Below the pieces are notes generated by a model that was given only the letters and a program-made list of their open reading frames with translations, was not told the origin of the DNA and did not search any database. The position numbers and the translations under genes are program-made. Positions 38,942 to 50,702 of a DNA stretch of 64,000 nucleotides are shown in pieces. Numbering within the stretch: position 1 is the stretch's first letter; the number at the start of each line of letters is the position of its first letter. This DNA comes from Planctomycetota bacterium (GTDB taxonomy: Bacteria > Planctomycetota > UBA1135 > UBA2386), in assembly GCA_947501605.1 (NCBI GenBank), contig CANMWZ010000004.1:143349-207348 (forward strand), written 5' to 3'.

Positions 38942-41900
38942 ATGAACCCGGCCGAGTTGCCTCCGAGCGACCTCCCCATGGACCGCGGTGCCTTGGCGGC
39001 CACGCGGCGCCATCTTGGCCTCCCGGCGTCGCCGAGCGCGGAGCCCAGCGGGGAATCCAGTGAGGAAGCACGCCCGGTGTGCACCGCACCTGGTGCCGTC
39101 CTCGTGGTCGATGCCGACGGCGCCCTAAGAGCCTGCGAGTTTGGCTCCGCGACGCTGGCCGATGGTCCAAGTGCAGGTGGCCGCGACTTGGACTGGAGTG
39201 CGGTGTGGCAGGGTGCCCCGCTGCGCCGATTGCGGGTGGCGCTCACGAACGGGACCCTGCCGGGCTGGCATTGCGGCGGTTGCATCCGTTCGTGCCGTGC
39301 CGAAGGGATCCACCCGCAGTTGCCGCTGTTGCGCGAGTATGGCGCAGTGGCGGCGAGCACTGGCAAGGGTGGGCCGCATCACCTCATGGTCCGGGTGCCG
39401 AGCGGACCTCTGGCAGCCGGGGTCGACGTGCTGGTCGCGTCGCTGTTGCCGCGGCTGCAGAAGCTCACGCTGATTGCCGACGAACTGGTCGCGAACGGTG
39501 GCCTTGCCGAACTGATGGCGCGGTTGCGTTCGCTGTCGCCGCGACCTGCGGTGGTGCTTCGGATTGCGGCGGTCGGGGATGCCGACGCCGCGATCGACCT
39601 GCTAGTTGGCACCGGCATTACCGAGATCGAGATCGAGCTCTCATCGGGCGCGTTCGCGGAACTCGAGACAGCGAGAGTTGTGGCCCAGTCGCTGGGTGCC
39701 GCTCTGCGCGCGCGCTTTGTGCCGACGCCCGCCGCCTGGTTCGAACTCGAGGACGCTGCACTCCGCTGCGCAGTCGAGCCGGTGGTCCCGCTGGAGCTGC
39801 GACTCGAGGATGGCTCGGGATCAGTGCCGTTGGCGACCGTTGCGGTCGAGGATTTGGCGTTCGTGCGCGCCTGCATCGCCACGACCTGGGATCGCCTCGG
39901 CGTCGAAGCGCGACCGCGGTCCTTGGGCGAACGGGCGTTCTCCGACCTGTTGGCACGGCTCCGTGGACTGCTGCAGCAACAGGCTGCGGCCGCCCTCGTC
40001 GAGCACGCGCCGGCAGCGATGGCCGCGGTCGCGCTGCCGCCTCTCCATCACTCCTGGTGCTCTTCGCCAGCGCGGCGCGATGACTGGATGCGCACTGTGC
40101 TCGGTCAGGGCGACCACAGCGTCGTGCGCGCTTGGCTCCAGCAGCAGCTCGCTAGCGACGATGCGCGCGCGCGGCTCGTCGACACCGATTGGCTCCGTCT
40201 GTTGACCCAGCGCGTCGCCGCGGAAGTGCGAATGCCGCAGGCGCTCGAGGCGTTGCGCAGTCTCTACGCCGATTCCAAGCAACGTACGGCGCTGGTCGCA
40301 GCCGATGCCGCCTTCGCGGAGCGGACCCCGTTGGCGGCGTTTGGCGGGCCTTGGGCGGTGCGACTCGGGCTCGGACGGCTGAAGGCGCGCAAGCGACCCT
40401 TCGCGATCCCCAAGGCCAACCCCGCGGTCGCGGGCTCCCCCGACGTCACGGTGTTGATCCCGTCGTATCGCCACGAGGACTATGTAGTCGACGCGATTCG
40501 CAGCGTGCTCGCGCAGCGGGGGGGTGGCGTGCAGGTGCTGGTGGTGGTGGTGGACGACTGCTCACCCGACGGCACCGTGCAAAACGCTCGCTCGGTCAAG
40601 GATCCGCGCGTCACCGTCTCGGTCAATGAAGAGAACCTTGGTCTCGGCAACTCGGTGCTGCGCGCGCTCGAACGGGTCACGACACCGTTCGTAGCGATCT
40701 TGAACTCCGACGACGTGTTCCATCCAGATCGCATCGCGCGGTGCCGCGCCGTCCTGTTGGCGAACGCGTCGGTGCAGCTCGTGACAACGGGACTGGCGCT
40801 GATCGACCACGATGGCACGGAGATCACGACGGCGAACGCGAGTCTCGTACTCGATGGTCAGCAGGTCTACGACTGGGTCCATTGGTACAGGGGTGTGACC
40901 CCACCAGCCGACCTGCCGCCCGACCAGGTGTTTGCGCGCCTTTTGGAGAGCAACTTTCTCGCGACCAGCAGCAACCTCGTAGTGCGGACCGAGTGGTTGC
41001 GGCAGCAGAGCGAGTCGTTGCGGAGCTTGAAGTACTGCCTCGACTGGCAGCTATTCCTGGAGGCGGCCCTCGAAGGCGCGCTGCATCATCTGCCGGAGCC
41101 GCTTGCGGGCTATCGACTGCACGCGACCAACACCGTTTGGTTTCGCGAAGGGCGCCGCTGGTCGTACTACCTAGAGGTCAATCGCGTCGCCTCGACGGCG
41201 CTGCAGCGTTTTGCCGCGACGGGGCGGGCGGATGACGAGAAGGGCGTGATGCGCGTCCTCGATGCGATCGAAGCGCACCTCAGCCGGAATCGCGAGACCG
41301 ACGGCTACGCCATGCTGTTGAACTCCGCGGTCGACTCGTTGCGGCTCGACGGGCTCGCGGCGGCCTCTGCAGCGGTGCAGCAGCGAATCCAGAACCTCAA
41401 CCGCGCGGCGGAGGAAGTCAGGGTCGCTTGCGATCGTGCGCGAGCCGAGCCTGCCGGCGGCGTCGATCGGCACCAGGCGCTGCGAATCCTCCTCGGCGAT
41501 CTTGCTGCCGAGCAAGCCCGTAGCGAGCACGACCTGCGGCAAGGGTTGCAGGGCTACTGCGATGCCCTCGAGGGGCGGCTGCGCGAGTGCTGGGACGGAC
41601 GTCATCAGGTCGAGAACGAGAAGTCGATGGCGCTAGGTCGTGTCGCCGATCTCGATCGTCGAACTGCCGAACTGACGCAGCAGGTAGCGCGAATCCCCGA
41701 GTTGGACCGCCAGTCGGAGTTGTTGCGAATGGACAGTTCGGCGCTGCGCACCGACAACGACGCGCTGCGGACCGACAACGCCGCCGTGCGCAGCGATCGA
41801 GAGGCGGCTCGTGTCGAAGTGGAGCGCGGGCGCCAGGACCTAGCGATCGCGCTTTCCGAGCGGCACGCGATCCTGAACCAAGTCGAAGTGGTCCGTCGCG

Positions 41901-43675
41901 ACTTGGACGCGGTGCAAGCCGAGCGCGAGCTCGTGGGCCGCGAGCTGGCTGCGGCAACGGCCGAGCGCGAGCGCTTCCGCCGCGAGTCTGAGGACGCGCG
42001 AGCGGATGGTGCTCGCCTGCGCGACGAACTTGGGTTGGCCAGAAACGTCCGTGATCACTACGCGCACCAACTGCAGGTGGCGGCGGCAGACCTGGAGCGC
42101 GAACTCGCAAGGTTGCGCGAACTCGAGAGCGCAGCGGCAGAAGTCCGTGAGTTGACCGAGGCGAAGCGGGAGCTGCTACGCACCGGCGCCGCGCTGCAGA
42201 GCACCATCACTTCGCTGCGCGACGAACTGTCGAAACTGGGCACGAGCCGCGAGTTCCGCAGCGGCAACTTCCTCTGGAACAAGCTGCCGTTGGGCTACAT
42301 GTCCCGCCGCGGCAAGAAGTGGTACCGGCGAATGCTAGATGCCAAGAATCGCGGCCTGATGTGGCTGTCGCGCCTGTTCGGCCGGAGCAAGTCGACTACG
42401 GGCACTGCCGTAGTGGCGGCTTGCTGGCAATGGCCCATCTACTCCCACACCTTCGTCTATCAGGAGATGTTGGGCCTCACGCACATGGGGCTCGATCTCA
42501 AGCTCTTCCTGTGGGAGCAAGGCGACCTGGGGCAATTGCACAAGGCCTTCGACTACCTGAAGGACCACAACGTGCAGTTGCAACCGGTGTGGGAGATTCA
42601 TCTCCGCGATCGCGACCACTTCGAGAAGACCAAGCCGGGTCGACTGCGCGCCTTCCTGGAGAAAGTGGCGAAGGCCACGGGCCGCACCGTCGACGACCTC
42701 GAGAAGGAACCGATCGTCCTGCAGGGCTGCACGTTTGCTCGGATGGCCGAGATGTCTGGGGCCAACTACCTGCACAGCTACTTCTTCTATGACCAGTCGT
42801 TCATGGTCATGCAAGCGGCCTTCCTGCTCGACATCCCGCGCGGGGTTTCGTGCTACGCCGATCACATGCTCGACGACTATCCGTGGAAGCTCGTGCCCCT
42901 GCAAGTCGAGCTGTCGAGCGTCGTCGTCGCCACCAGTGCGCGCATCAAGCGCGAGCTCTCGGCCAAGTCGAATGGCAAGTACGACGACAAGATCATCGTC
43001 AAGCCAAACGGCGTCGATGGCGCGCGCTTCCCGGCCGTGGCCCGGACGCCGCGCCAGCAAGGCGAGCCGTTCCATGTCGTCTCGATCTCGCGCATCGAGC
43101 CCAAGAAGGGGCTGACGCATCTCGTGGAGGCTGTTGCCGAGCTCAAGAAGCGCGGCAAGATCGTGGTCGCCCACGTCATCGGCTCGAAGGATTTGCACAG
43201 CAAGGGAAGTGCTGACTACGCCGAGCAGTTCGACCGTCTCATCCGGGACCTCGGCCTCGGCGACCAGATCGTTCAGCACGGTATGGTGAAGCAGGAGGAC
43301 ATGGCACCGATCCTGAAGCAGTGCCGCGCGTTCGTGGCGCCCTATGTCGAACTCGGCTCCGGCGACAAGGACGGCATCCCGACGGCGATGCTCGAAGGGC
43401 TCGCATCCGGATTGCCGGTCATCACCACCAACTCGGGTTCGATCCTCGAAGTCGTCGACGATGGCGTCGAGGGCCTCGTCGTACCCCAGCGCAACAGTGT
43501 CGCGTTTGCAGAGGCGCTGGAGAAGCTCATCGGCGACCCTCTCCTGGAGCAGCGCATGTCCACCGCTGCGCGGGCGCGCTTCGATCGTGAGTTCGACATC
43601 CGAGTCACCGAGAAGCGTCTGCACGAGCGAGTTTCGCGGCTGCTGGCGCAGGCTCGGAAGAGCAAGAAGCGCTGA
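38942..43675 (+). CDS. Multidomain glycosyltransferase: SPASM-like, GT2, coiled coil, GT4
   Basis: N-terminal CTAP...DG..RAC...CGGC; GT2 VTVLIPSY/VVDDCSPDG/LNSDD; heptad-rich stretch; GT4 SRIEPKKG/DKDGIPTAMLEGLASGLPV. Confidence 0.88.
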   Translation: MNPAELPPSDLPMDRGALAATRRHLGLPASPSAEPSGESSEEARPVCTAPGAVLVVDADGALRACEFGSATLADGPSAGGRDLDWSAVWQGAPLRRLRVALTNGTLPGWHCGGCIRSCRAEGIHPQLPLLREYGAVAASTGKGGPHHLMVRVPSGPLAAGVDVLVASLLPRLQKLTLIADELVANGGLAELMARLRSLSPRPAVVLRIAAVGDADAAIDLLVGTGITEIEIELSSGAFAELETARVVAQSLGAALRARFVPTPAAWFELEDAALRCAVEPVVPLELRLEDGSGSVPLATVAVEDLAFVRACIATTWDRLGVEARPRSLGERAFSDLLARLRGLLQQQAAAALVEHAPAAMAAVALPPLHHSWCSSPARRDDWMRTVLGQGDHSVVRAWLQQQLASDDARARLVDTDWLRLLTQRVAAEVRMPQALEALRSLYADSKQRTALVAADAAFAERTPLAAFGGPWAVRLGLGRLKARKRPFAIPKANPAVAGSPDVTVLIPSYRHEDYVVDAIRSVLAQRGGGVQVLVVVVDDCSPDGTVQNARSVKDPRVTVSVNEENLGLGNSVLRALERVTTPFVAILNSDDVFHPDRIARCRAVLLANASVQLVTTGLALIDHDGTEITTANASLVLDGQQVYDWVHWYRGVTPPADLPPDQVFARLLESNFLATSSNLVVRTEWLRQQSESLRSLKYCLDWQLFLEAALEGALHHLPEPLAGYRLHATNTVWFREGRRWSYYLEVNRVASTALQRFAATGRADDEKGVMRVLDAIEAHLSRNRETDGYAMLLNSAVDSLRLDGLAAASAAVQQRIQNLNRAAEEVRVACDRARAEPAGGVDRHQALRILLGDLAAEQARSEHDLRQGLQGYCDALEGRLRECWDGRHQVENEKSMALGRVADLDRRTAELTQQVARIPELDRQSELLRMDSSALRTDNDALRTDNAAVRSDREAARVEVERGRQDLAIALSERHAILNQVEVVRRDLDAVQAERELVGRELAAATAERERFRRESEDARADGARLRDELGLARNVRDHYAHQLQVAAADLERELARLRELESAAAEVRELTEAKRELLRTGAALQSTITSLRDELSKLGTSREFRSGNFLWNKLPLGYMSRRGKKWYRRMLDAKNRGLMWLSRLFGRSKSTTGTAVVAACWQWPIYSHTFVYQEMLGLTHMGLDLKLFLWEQGDLGQLHKAFDYLKDHNVQLQPVWEIHLRDRDHFEKTKPGRLRAFLEKVAKATGRTVDDLEKEPIVLQGCTFARMAEMSGANYLHSYFFYDQSFMVMQAAFLLDIPRGVSCYADHMLDDYPWKLVPLQVELSSVVVATSARIKRELSAKSNGKYDDKIIVKPNGVDGARFPAVARTPRQQGEPFHVVSISRIEPKKGLTHLVEAVAELKKRGKIVVAHVIGSKDLHSKGSADYAEQFDRLIRDLGLGDQIVQHGMVKQEDMAPILKQCRAFVAPYVELGSGDKDGIPTAMLEGLASGLPVITTNSGSILEVVDDGVEGLVVPQRNSVAFAEALEKLIGDPLLEQRMSTAARARFDREFDIRVTEKRLHERVSRLLAQARKSKKR

Positions 43676-43680
43676 CGCGC

Positions 43681-44955
43681 ATGCGCCTCTGCTACGTCAT
43701 CCACCAGTTCTTTCCTGATTGCCACTCGGGCACCGAACAGTACTGCCTCTGGCTGGCACAAGAGGCCGCGCGGCGCGGGGACGAGGTCACGGTGCTGTCG
43801 CTGCATTGGGATCACGATCGCGACTGGCCGCCGATCGAGTTGATCGAGCAGCCGTACGACGGCGTGCGCGTCGTGCGTCTCAAGCACTGGCGTCGGATCA
43901 ACCCCAACGACGTGTTGCGCGACTACGAGAATCGCCACCTGGAAGGCTGGTTCCGTGCGGTGCTCGACGAGGTGCGCCCGGATGCGGTGCACTTCTTTCA
44001 TCTGCGCCAACTCGGCTCGAACCTCATCCCGGTGGCGCGGGCTGCTGGGGCCAGGACCATCGTCAGTCTCACCGACTTCTGGTTTCTGTGTCCGCGATTT
44101 ACGTTGCTGCGCGGCGATGGTTCGTTGTGCCAAGGGCCGCCGGACGAAGGTGCTGGCTGCGTTTCCTGCATGTATCCGGAGCTTCTGAAGGCACTGCCAG
44201 ACGCAACGCCGGCCGCGCTGACCGACTCGGAGGGGGCGCGCTTGCGGGCGCTGCTCGACCGCAAGGCCGTGCAATTGCGCAATCTCGCCGGCGCCGATGC
44301 CGTGTTCGCGCCGTCGCAGTTCTTGCTCGAGACCTTCGTGCAGAATGGGTTCCCCCGCGAGCGGATCGCGCTGGTTCCGTACGGACTCGCGCCGGATCGG
44401 ATTGTGGCGCAGGTCGTGCGGCGTCCGCGGTCGCCGTTGCGGTTGTCGTTCTGTGGTGTGCTGTCGCCGTGGAAGGCGCCGCACTTGCTGATCGAGGCGG
44501 TGCGCACGACCACGGCTGACGTCGTACTTCGCATCCATGGGCGCGTCGACGAACCGTCGTTTCGTAGCTACATCGACGAACTGCAGCGGCATGCAGCGAG
44601 CGATCCACGCATCTGCTTCGCCGGGCCATACGCCCACGTGGATGCTGGCCAGGTGTTCGCCGATACCGATGTCCTCGTCGTCCCCAGCACGTGGTACGAG
44701 AACACGCCGTTCGTCGTGCTCGAGGCGTTCGCCGCGGGCGTCCCGGTGATTGCCTCCGATCTCGGTGGCCTCAGCGAAGTGGTGCTCGATGGCCAGAACG
44801 GGCTGCTGTTCACTGCCGGTTCAGTCGGATCGCTGCGAGCGGCGATCGAGCGGTTGGCTGGCGATGCGGCGCTGTACGCGAAGTTGTCACCGCGCGCGAC
44901 GGCGACGGTTGCCGCCGGCTACTCGCGGTTCCGCAGCGCCTACGCGCGCGGCTGA
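43681..44955 (+). CDS. Glycosyltransferase family 4
   Basis: HQFFP..SGTE, TDFWFLCPR and PSTWYENTPFVVLEAFAAGVPV. Confidence 0.92.
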   Translation: MRLCYVIHQFFPDCHSGTEQYCLWLAQEAARRGDEVTVLSLHWDHDRDWPPIELIEQPYDGVRVVRLKHWRRINPNDVLRDYENRHLEGWFRAVLDEVRPDAVHFFHLRQLGSNLIPVARAAGARTIVSLTDFWFLCPRFTLLRGDGSLCQGPPDEGAGCVSCMYPELLKALPDATPAALTDSEGARLRALLDRKAVQLRNLAGADAVFAPSQFLLETFVQNGFPRERIALVPYGLAPDRIVAQVVRRPRSPLRLSFCGVLSPWKAPHLLIEAVRTTTADVVLRIHGRVDEPSFRSYIDELQRHAASDPRICFAGPYAHVDAGQVFADTDVLVVPSTWYENTPFVVLEAFAAGVPVIASDLGGLSEVVLDGQNGLLFTAGSVGSLRAAIERLAGDAALYAKLSPRATATVAAGYSRFRSAYARG

Positions 44956-44964
44956 GCGCGACCG

Positions 44965-46341
44965 CTAGCCGTTGAAGAGCTTCTTGAACCGTTGGAGCAC
45001 GCCGCCGGGCACAGCGGACAGTTGCTGCTCGAGCTGCGCAATGCGATGGCGCAGTGCGTCCATCTCGGGATCCTTCTGCCTGCTGGCTTGCTCGGTGCGC
45101 TGCAGGCGTTGTCCGCTCGATTCGGTGGCCATGGGGCGACCGTCCAGAATGCCCTGGTAGAGGTCGACGCTTCGCTGCGCGATCGCGACGTCGGTGAGGC
45201 GCTTCTCGACTTCTTGGCGCGCGGCTTCACCACAGCGCTGGCGCAGAGGGTCATCCTCGATCATTCGCTGCAACGCCTGGATGAACGACGCCGGGTCGCC
45301 GTTGTTGGCTAGCAGGCCCGTGCGCTCGTGCTCGATGAGCTCTGGCATGCCGCCGCAGTCGGACGACACGATGGCTCGGCCCGCGGTCATGGCTTCGATG
45401 CAAGAGTAGGGACAGTTCTCCCACAGGCTCGGGATCAGAAAGATCGAGCTCTGCTTCAGCAGGGCGCGCACTTCTGGGAGCGCCAACTGGCCCAGATAGA
45501 AGAACCGGTTCTGCAGTCGGTGTGCCTTCACCCACGGCAGGATCTGCTTCTCCATGAACCCGAACAGGTCGCGGCCCGCAAACACGAAGGCGATGTCGGA
45601 GTACTTGGCGAGCGTCGCCTCGACCATCCGTTGGACGATGTGGATGCCCTTCCGTTCTTCCATGCGGTTGGCGAAGAAGATGATCTTCTTGTCGCGCGGC
45701 AGGGCGAACTTGGTGAACACATCGATGCCCTCGTCGCGGTCGAACAGCGGCACGTCGATGCCGTTCTGGATCACATGGATCGGATCCTTTTCGTGCATCT
45801 TCGCCGTGACCTCGTCGGCGAGGAACCTGCTGCAGGACGTCAGCACCGCGGCTTGGTTGATGGCGAGTTGCTCGGCAAAAGCGGTCAACACCCGGTCCGT
45901 CTTGGGGGTGTCGTAGATGTTCATGATCAGCCGCGCAGGCGAGTGGAAGCGCACGGCGGTCGGGATCGTGAGCATTGTGCTCGACACCATCGCGTCGGCG
46001 CCGCACTCGGGGGCCTCGACAAAGTCGAACGGCTTCTTGCTGTGGGCCTTCTGCAGTACTTCGTAGGCGTCGGCGCCGGTCGTCACCCGGTTCTGGAACC
46101 ACCACGCACGCGCCTTGCGCGCGTTGTCGAGAAGGGCGTTGATGCTGCCTTCGCGCTTGATGCGTGTGACTTTGACACCCTCGTGTTCGCTGTGGTGGAT
46201 GCCAGGCTTGGTCGAGCCGGCGAACACGTGCACGTCGTGGCCGAGCTTGGCAAGCGCCCGCGCCTGGTAGAAGGCGTAGGTGCCGATCCCGCCGAAGCCG
46301 GTTTCTGGCGGATACTCGTAGGACAGGATCGCGATGCGCAT
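44965..46341 (-). CDS. Glycosyltransferase family 4 with short C-terminal coiled/amphipathic tail
   Basis: SYEYPPETGFGGIGTY, RMEERKG and PSLWENCPYSCIEAM. Confidence 0.92.
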   Translation of the reverse strand: MRIAILSYEYPPETGFGGIGTYAFYQARALAKLGHDVHVFAGSTKPGIHHSEHEGVKVTRIKREGSINALLDNARKARAWWFQNRVTTGADAYEVLQKAHSKKPFDFVEAPECGADAMVSSTMLTIPTAVRFHSPARLIMNIYDTPKTDRVLTAFAEQLAINQAAVLTSCSRFLADEVTAKMHEKDPIHVIQNGIDVPLFDRDEGIDVFTKFALPRDKKIIFFANRMEERKGIHIVQRMVEATLAKYSDIAFVFAGRDLFGFMEKQILPWVKAHRLQNRFFYLGQLALPEVRALLKQSSIFLIPSLWENCPYSCIEAMTAGRAIVSSDCGGMPELIEHERTGLLANNGDPASFIQALQRMIEDDPLRQRCGEAARQEVEKRLTDVAIAQRSVDLYQGILDGRPMATESSGQRLQRTEQASRQKDPEMDALRHRIAQLEQQLSAVPGGVLQRFKKLFNG

Positions 46342-46391
46342 CGTGGGGGAGGAGTGCGGTCGTGGTCGATCGGGCTTCGTAGCGCCGGCCG

Positions 46392-47410
46392 TCAGGGCGT
46401 TGTCGGTAGCGATTGTTGCCAGCGCCACGCATCCTGCATGCACTGGTCGAGTGTGCGCGTGGCCTTCCACCCGAGCATGGTGGCGGCCTTCTCGGTGTCG
46501 GCGTAGGCGGCAATCACGTCGCCTGGCCGGCGCGGCGCGAACTCGTAGGCGAGTTTCGTGCCGGTGGCTCGTTCGAAGGCGTGGATCACCTCGAGCACGG
46601 TCGAACCCGTGCCGGTGCCGAGATTGAACACTTCGAGCGGCTCCTGCGACTTGCCCTGCATCAAGCGCTCCATGGCGGCGATGTGCGCTTGGCTCAAGTC
46701 GACAACGTGAATGTAGTCGCGGATGCAGGTGCCGTCGCGCGTCGGATAGTCGCGGCCGAAGACCTTCAGGGCGCCGCGAAGGCCGAGCGCACTCTGCGTG
46801 ATGAACGGCACGAGGTTCTGCGGCACGCCTAGTGGCAGTTCACCGATCTTGGCCGAAGGGTGCGCCCCGATGGGGTTGAAGTAGCGCAGGGCGATGGCGC
46901 GGAAGCCGTGCGCCTTGGCGCCGTCGCGAAGGATCTCCTCGCCGATCTGCTTGGTGTTGCCGTACGGCGACTCGGCGGGCTTGATCTCGGCTTCCTCGCG
47001 GATCGGCAGCTGGTCCGCCTGGCCGTAGACCGTGCACGACGAGCTGAAGATGAAGGCGCACGCAGGGTTGGCCTTCACGTAGTCGAGCAGGTTGAGCAGC
47101 GAGCCGAGGTTGTTGCGGTAGTACTCGAGCGGCTTCTGCACCGATTCGCCGACGGCCTTGTGCGCCGCGAAGTGGATGATGCCATCGAACTTCGGCTGCT
47201 GCGCGAGGAAGGCGCGGCACGCTGTCGGGTCGGCGAGATCGACATGGACCCAATCCGGCTTCTTGCCAGCGATCGCCGTGATGCCGTCGAGCACTTCCTT
47301 GCGGGTGTTGGCCAGATTGTCCGCTGCGGTGCAGTGGTAGCCTCGTGCCAGCAGCTCGACGGAGGTGTGCGAACCGATGAAGCCCAGACCGCCGGTGACG
47401 AGGACGCGTT

Positions 47411-47414
<4 letters not shown>
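46392..47414 (-). CDS. galE: UDP-glucose 4-epimerase
   Basis: [46 protein letters not shown] and [11 protein letters not shown]. Confidence 0.96.
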
Positions 47415-48397
<983 letters not shown>

Positions 48398-48763
48398 GAC
48401 GGTCTTGGTGCGTTCTCGGGTCGCGTTGCGAGGCAGCGTCGCCGCGCGTCGTTCGAGGCTACCACGAGGCGGAGAACCCGAAGCGGACGGGTTCGGAGAG
48501 CCCAAAGGGGCGACGCGGAGAGTTGTGCAAGGCACCGTTCGGAACGGCCGATCGGCGCGGAGATGGTGGCGATCCCGAGGAAGTCGGGCAAGGCTCAGCA
48601 CGAGAATGCGACCCTGCACGCGCTTCGTGCGGGCCGCATTCCAGGTCGCGGCAGCCCTGGCGACAACGCGGGTGGTTGCTAGCATGGGCGCCGCCGCGCC
48701 GGCAGTGAGCGCTGGGCTCGACCCCGGCGCTGCCGCCTAGCCAACCTGCAAACTAGCGAACGC

Positions 48764-49819
48764 ATGCCTCTGCAAGACGACTCCGAGAGCAACCCTGGCC
48801 GCGACATGCCAGACCTCGCTCGCCCTGACGGGGCGCTGGTGTCGCTCCGGCCAGAGAGCATCCCCGTGATGGCCGAGTGCTCGGACTGGCAGGTCGGCAG
48901 CGAACTGCTGGCGCGCATGCGCGCGGCCAAGGAACCGTGGCAGGGGAGTCGGATCGGCTGGCTCGGCGCGCAGTTGCAGTTCGCTATGCGGAGCCAGCTC
49001 AACTTCCACGACAACCGATTCTCGACGCGGCGCTACCAGGATCTCTACGGCACGTTCTTCGTCCACCCGACACCCAGGATCCCGCTCGTCGGTGCGACCG
49101 TGGTCGATCTCGGTTGCGGCGGCGTCAATCCGCTGGGCTTCTTGTTCGTGCTCCTTGGGCTCGGGGCGCGGTGCGGCATCGGCGTCGATCTCGATGATGT
49201 GCAGGACCGACGGCACGCGACTCTGGCGCTCGCCGATGCGGCGTCTGCCCTGCTGCTGAATGCTCGCGACATTGCGTGGGACCAGGAGATCGCGCCGGAG
49301 CAAGTACTGCGCAATCTGGCGTCGTTCCACCTGCCGCAGTTGGCCCAAGGGGACCCCGCCGGCATCGACCAGTCACGGCTGCGCTTTCACCGCGAGTCGA
49401 TCTACAGCATGCCGCTGCGAGATGGCGAAGCCGACGTGGTCATCAGCAACGCGTTCTTGGAGCACATCCCCGACGTGGCTGCCGGTATGCGCGAGATCTC
49501 GCGCATCACCAAGAGCGGCGGCTACAGCGTCCACAACATCGACATGACCGATCATCGTCGCTACGGCGGCGACAAGGGGCCGCTCGACTTCCTCACGGAA
49601 GGTGCAGGCGAGGGCATGGTCGCGGGCAGCAACCGCTTGCGGCTGTCGCAACTTCGCGTGCTGTTCGACAAGTTCGGCTTCGACATCACGTCCTGCCGGT
49701 GCAACTTCGAGGTTGCGGTGCCGGCGGCGTTGCGCGCCCGCATGGTCCAGCCCTACAGCAGCATGGCCCAGGACGATCTGGAAGTCGGCATGGCGGTCGT
49801 CGCTGCGCGCAAGCGCTGA
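48764..49819 (+). CDS. Class I SAM-dependent methyltransferase
   Basis: VVDLGCGG, DVVISNAFLEHI, HNIDMTDH and NRLR. Start uncertain. Confidence 0.85.
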   Translation: MPLQDDSESNPGRDMPDLARPDGALVSLRPESIPVMAECSDWQVGSELLARMRAAKEPWQGSRIGWLGAQLQFAMRSQLNFHDNRFSTRRYQDLYGTFFVHPTPRIPLVGATVVDLGCGGVNPLGFLFVLLGLGARCGIGVDLDDVQDRRHATLALADAASALLLNARDIAWDQEIAPEQVLRNLASFHLPQLAQGDPAGIDQSRLRFHRESIYSMPLRDGEADVVISNAFLEHIPDVAAGMREISRITKSGGYSVHNIDMTDHRRYGGDKGPLDFLTEGAGEGMVAGSNRLRLSQLRVLFDKFGFDITSCRCNFEVAVPAALRARMVQPYSSMAQDDLEVGMAVVAARKR

Positions 49820-49844
49820 GCAAGCGCCGGCGCCCGCGGGCTCT

Positions 49845-49889
49845 GTTCCCTTCTTGTGGGTTCCCTTTTTGTGGGCTGCCTTCTTGTGG
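49845..49889. repeat. 15-bp imperfect tandem repeat x3
   Basis: GTTCCCTTCTTGTGG / GTTCCCTTTTTGTGG / GCTGCCTTCTTGTGG between convergent genes. Confidence 0.85.
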
Positions 49890-49907
49890 CGCGCACCGAC
49901 CGCTGCT

Positions 49908-50702
49908 TCATGGCCAGACCAGCGGGAAGTCCTCGCCCTCGACCAGTGCTCCGCTCGGCAGCATCTTGGTGTGACGCAGCAGGGGTGAAGAGCCGTCGGC
50001 GACGCGCACGTGCGCGCCCATGTAGTTGAGCACCACAGCGCGTCGCCAATGGTCGCTGCGATTCTGCTCGCTGCCGTGCAGGGTGTGGCTGTGATGCAGC
50101 GTCGCCTGGCCGGCGCGAACCGGCACTGGGACCGGGGCCCATTGCGCGTCTTTGGGCAACAGCGCGCGGATCGTCTCGAGCGGGGCGTCGAACGGCAGTT
50201 TCGGCAGCAGACCCCAGCGATGGCTGCCGGGCACGAACTGCACGCAGCCGCTCTGCACGCTGGCGTCGTCGAGCATCAGGTTCAAGGTCACATGGCAGGC
50301 GGGCGTGGTCCGCGTCCAGTACGAGTAGTCTTGGTGCCACGGCACCACGCCGGGATGCCGAGGCGGCTTGGCAAACACCTGGTCGTGCCAGAAGCGCAGT
50401 TGCTCGACGCCGAGCGCCTGCGCGCACACGGCAGTCGCGCGCGGGTCGAAGATCAGATCGCGCAGCACCGGATGCACGCGGAAGCCGCCCAAGAAGTGGC
50501 AGACCACTTCGCCTGGTCGCTCGGTGAACGCATGTTCGACCTCGTAGAGGCGATCGCGCAGGGTCTCGAGATTGGCGATGACTTCGGCAACCGCAGCGCG
50601 AACGCGCTCGACGTCCCGTGGCGGGAGCACGTCGATCGGGCCGACGAAGCCGTCGCGTTCAAAGGCTGCGAGTTGGTCGGCGGACAGTTGCGGTGGCATC
50701 AT
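49908..50702 (-). CDS. Phytanoyl-CoA dioxygenase-family 2OG-Fe(II) oxygenase
   Basis: FERDGF, KPP, WHQDYSYW, PGSH, HHSHTLHGS and RRA. Confidence 0.92.
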   Translation of the reverse strand: MMPPQLSADQLAAFERDGFVGPIDVLPPRDVERVRAAVAEVIANLETLRDRLYEVEHAFTERPGEVVCHFLGGFRVHPVLRDLIFDPRATAVCAQALGVEQLRFWHDQVFAKPPRHPGVVPWHQDYSYWTRTTPACHVTLNLMLDDASVQSGCVQFVPGSHRWGLLPKLPFDAPLETIRALLPKDAQWAPVPVPVRAGQATLHHSHTLHGSEQNRSDHWRRAVVLNYMGAHVRVADGSSPLLRHTKMLPSGALVEGEDFPLVWP

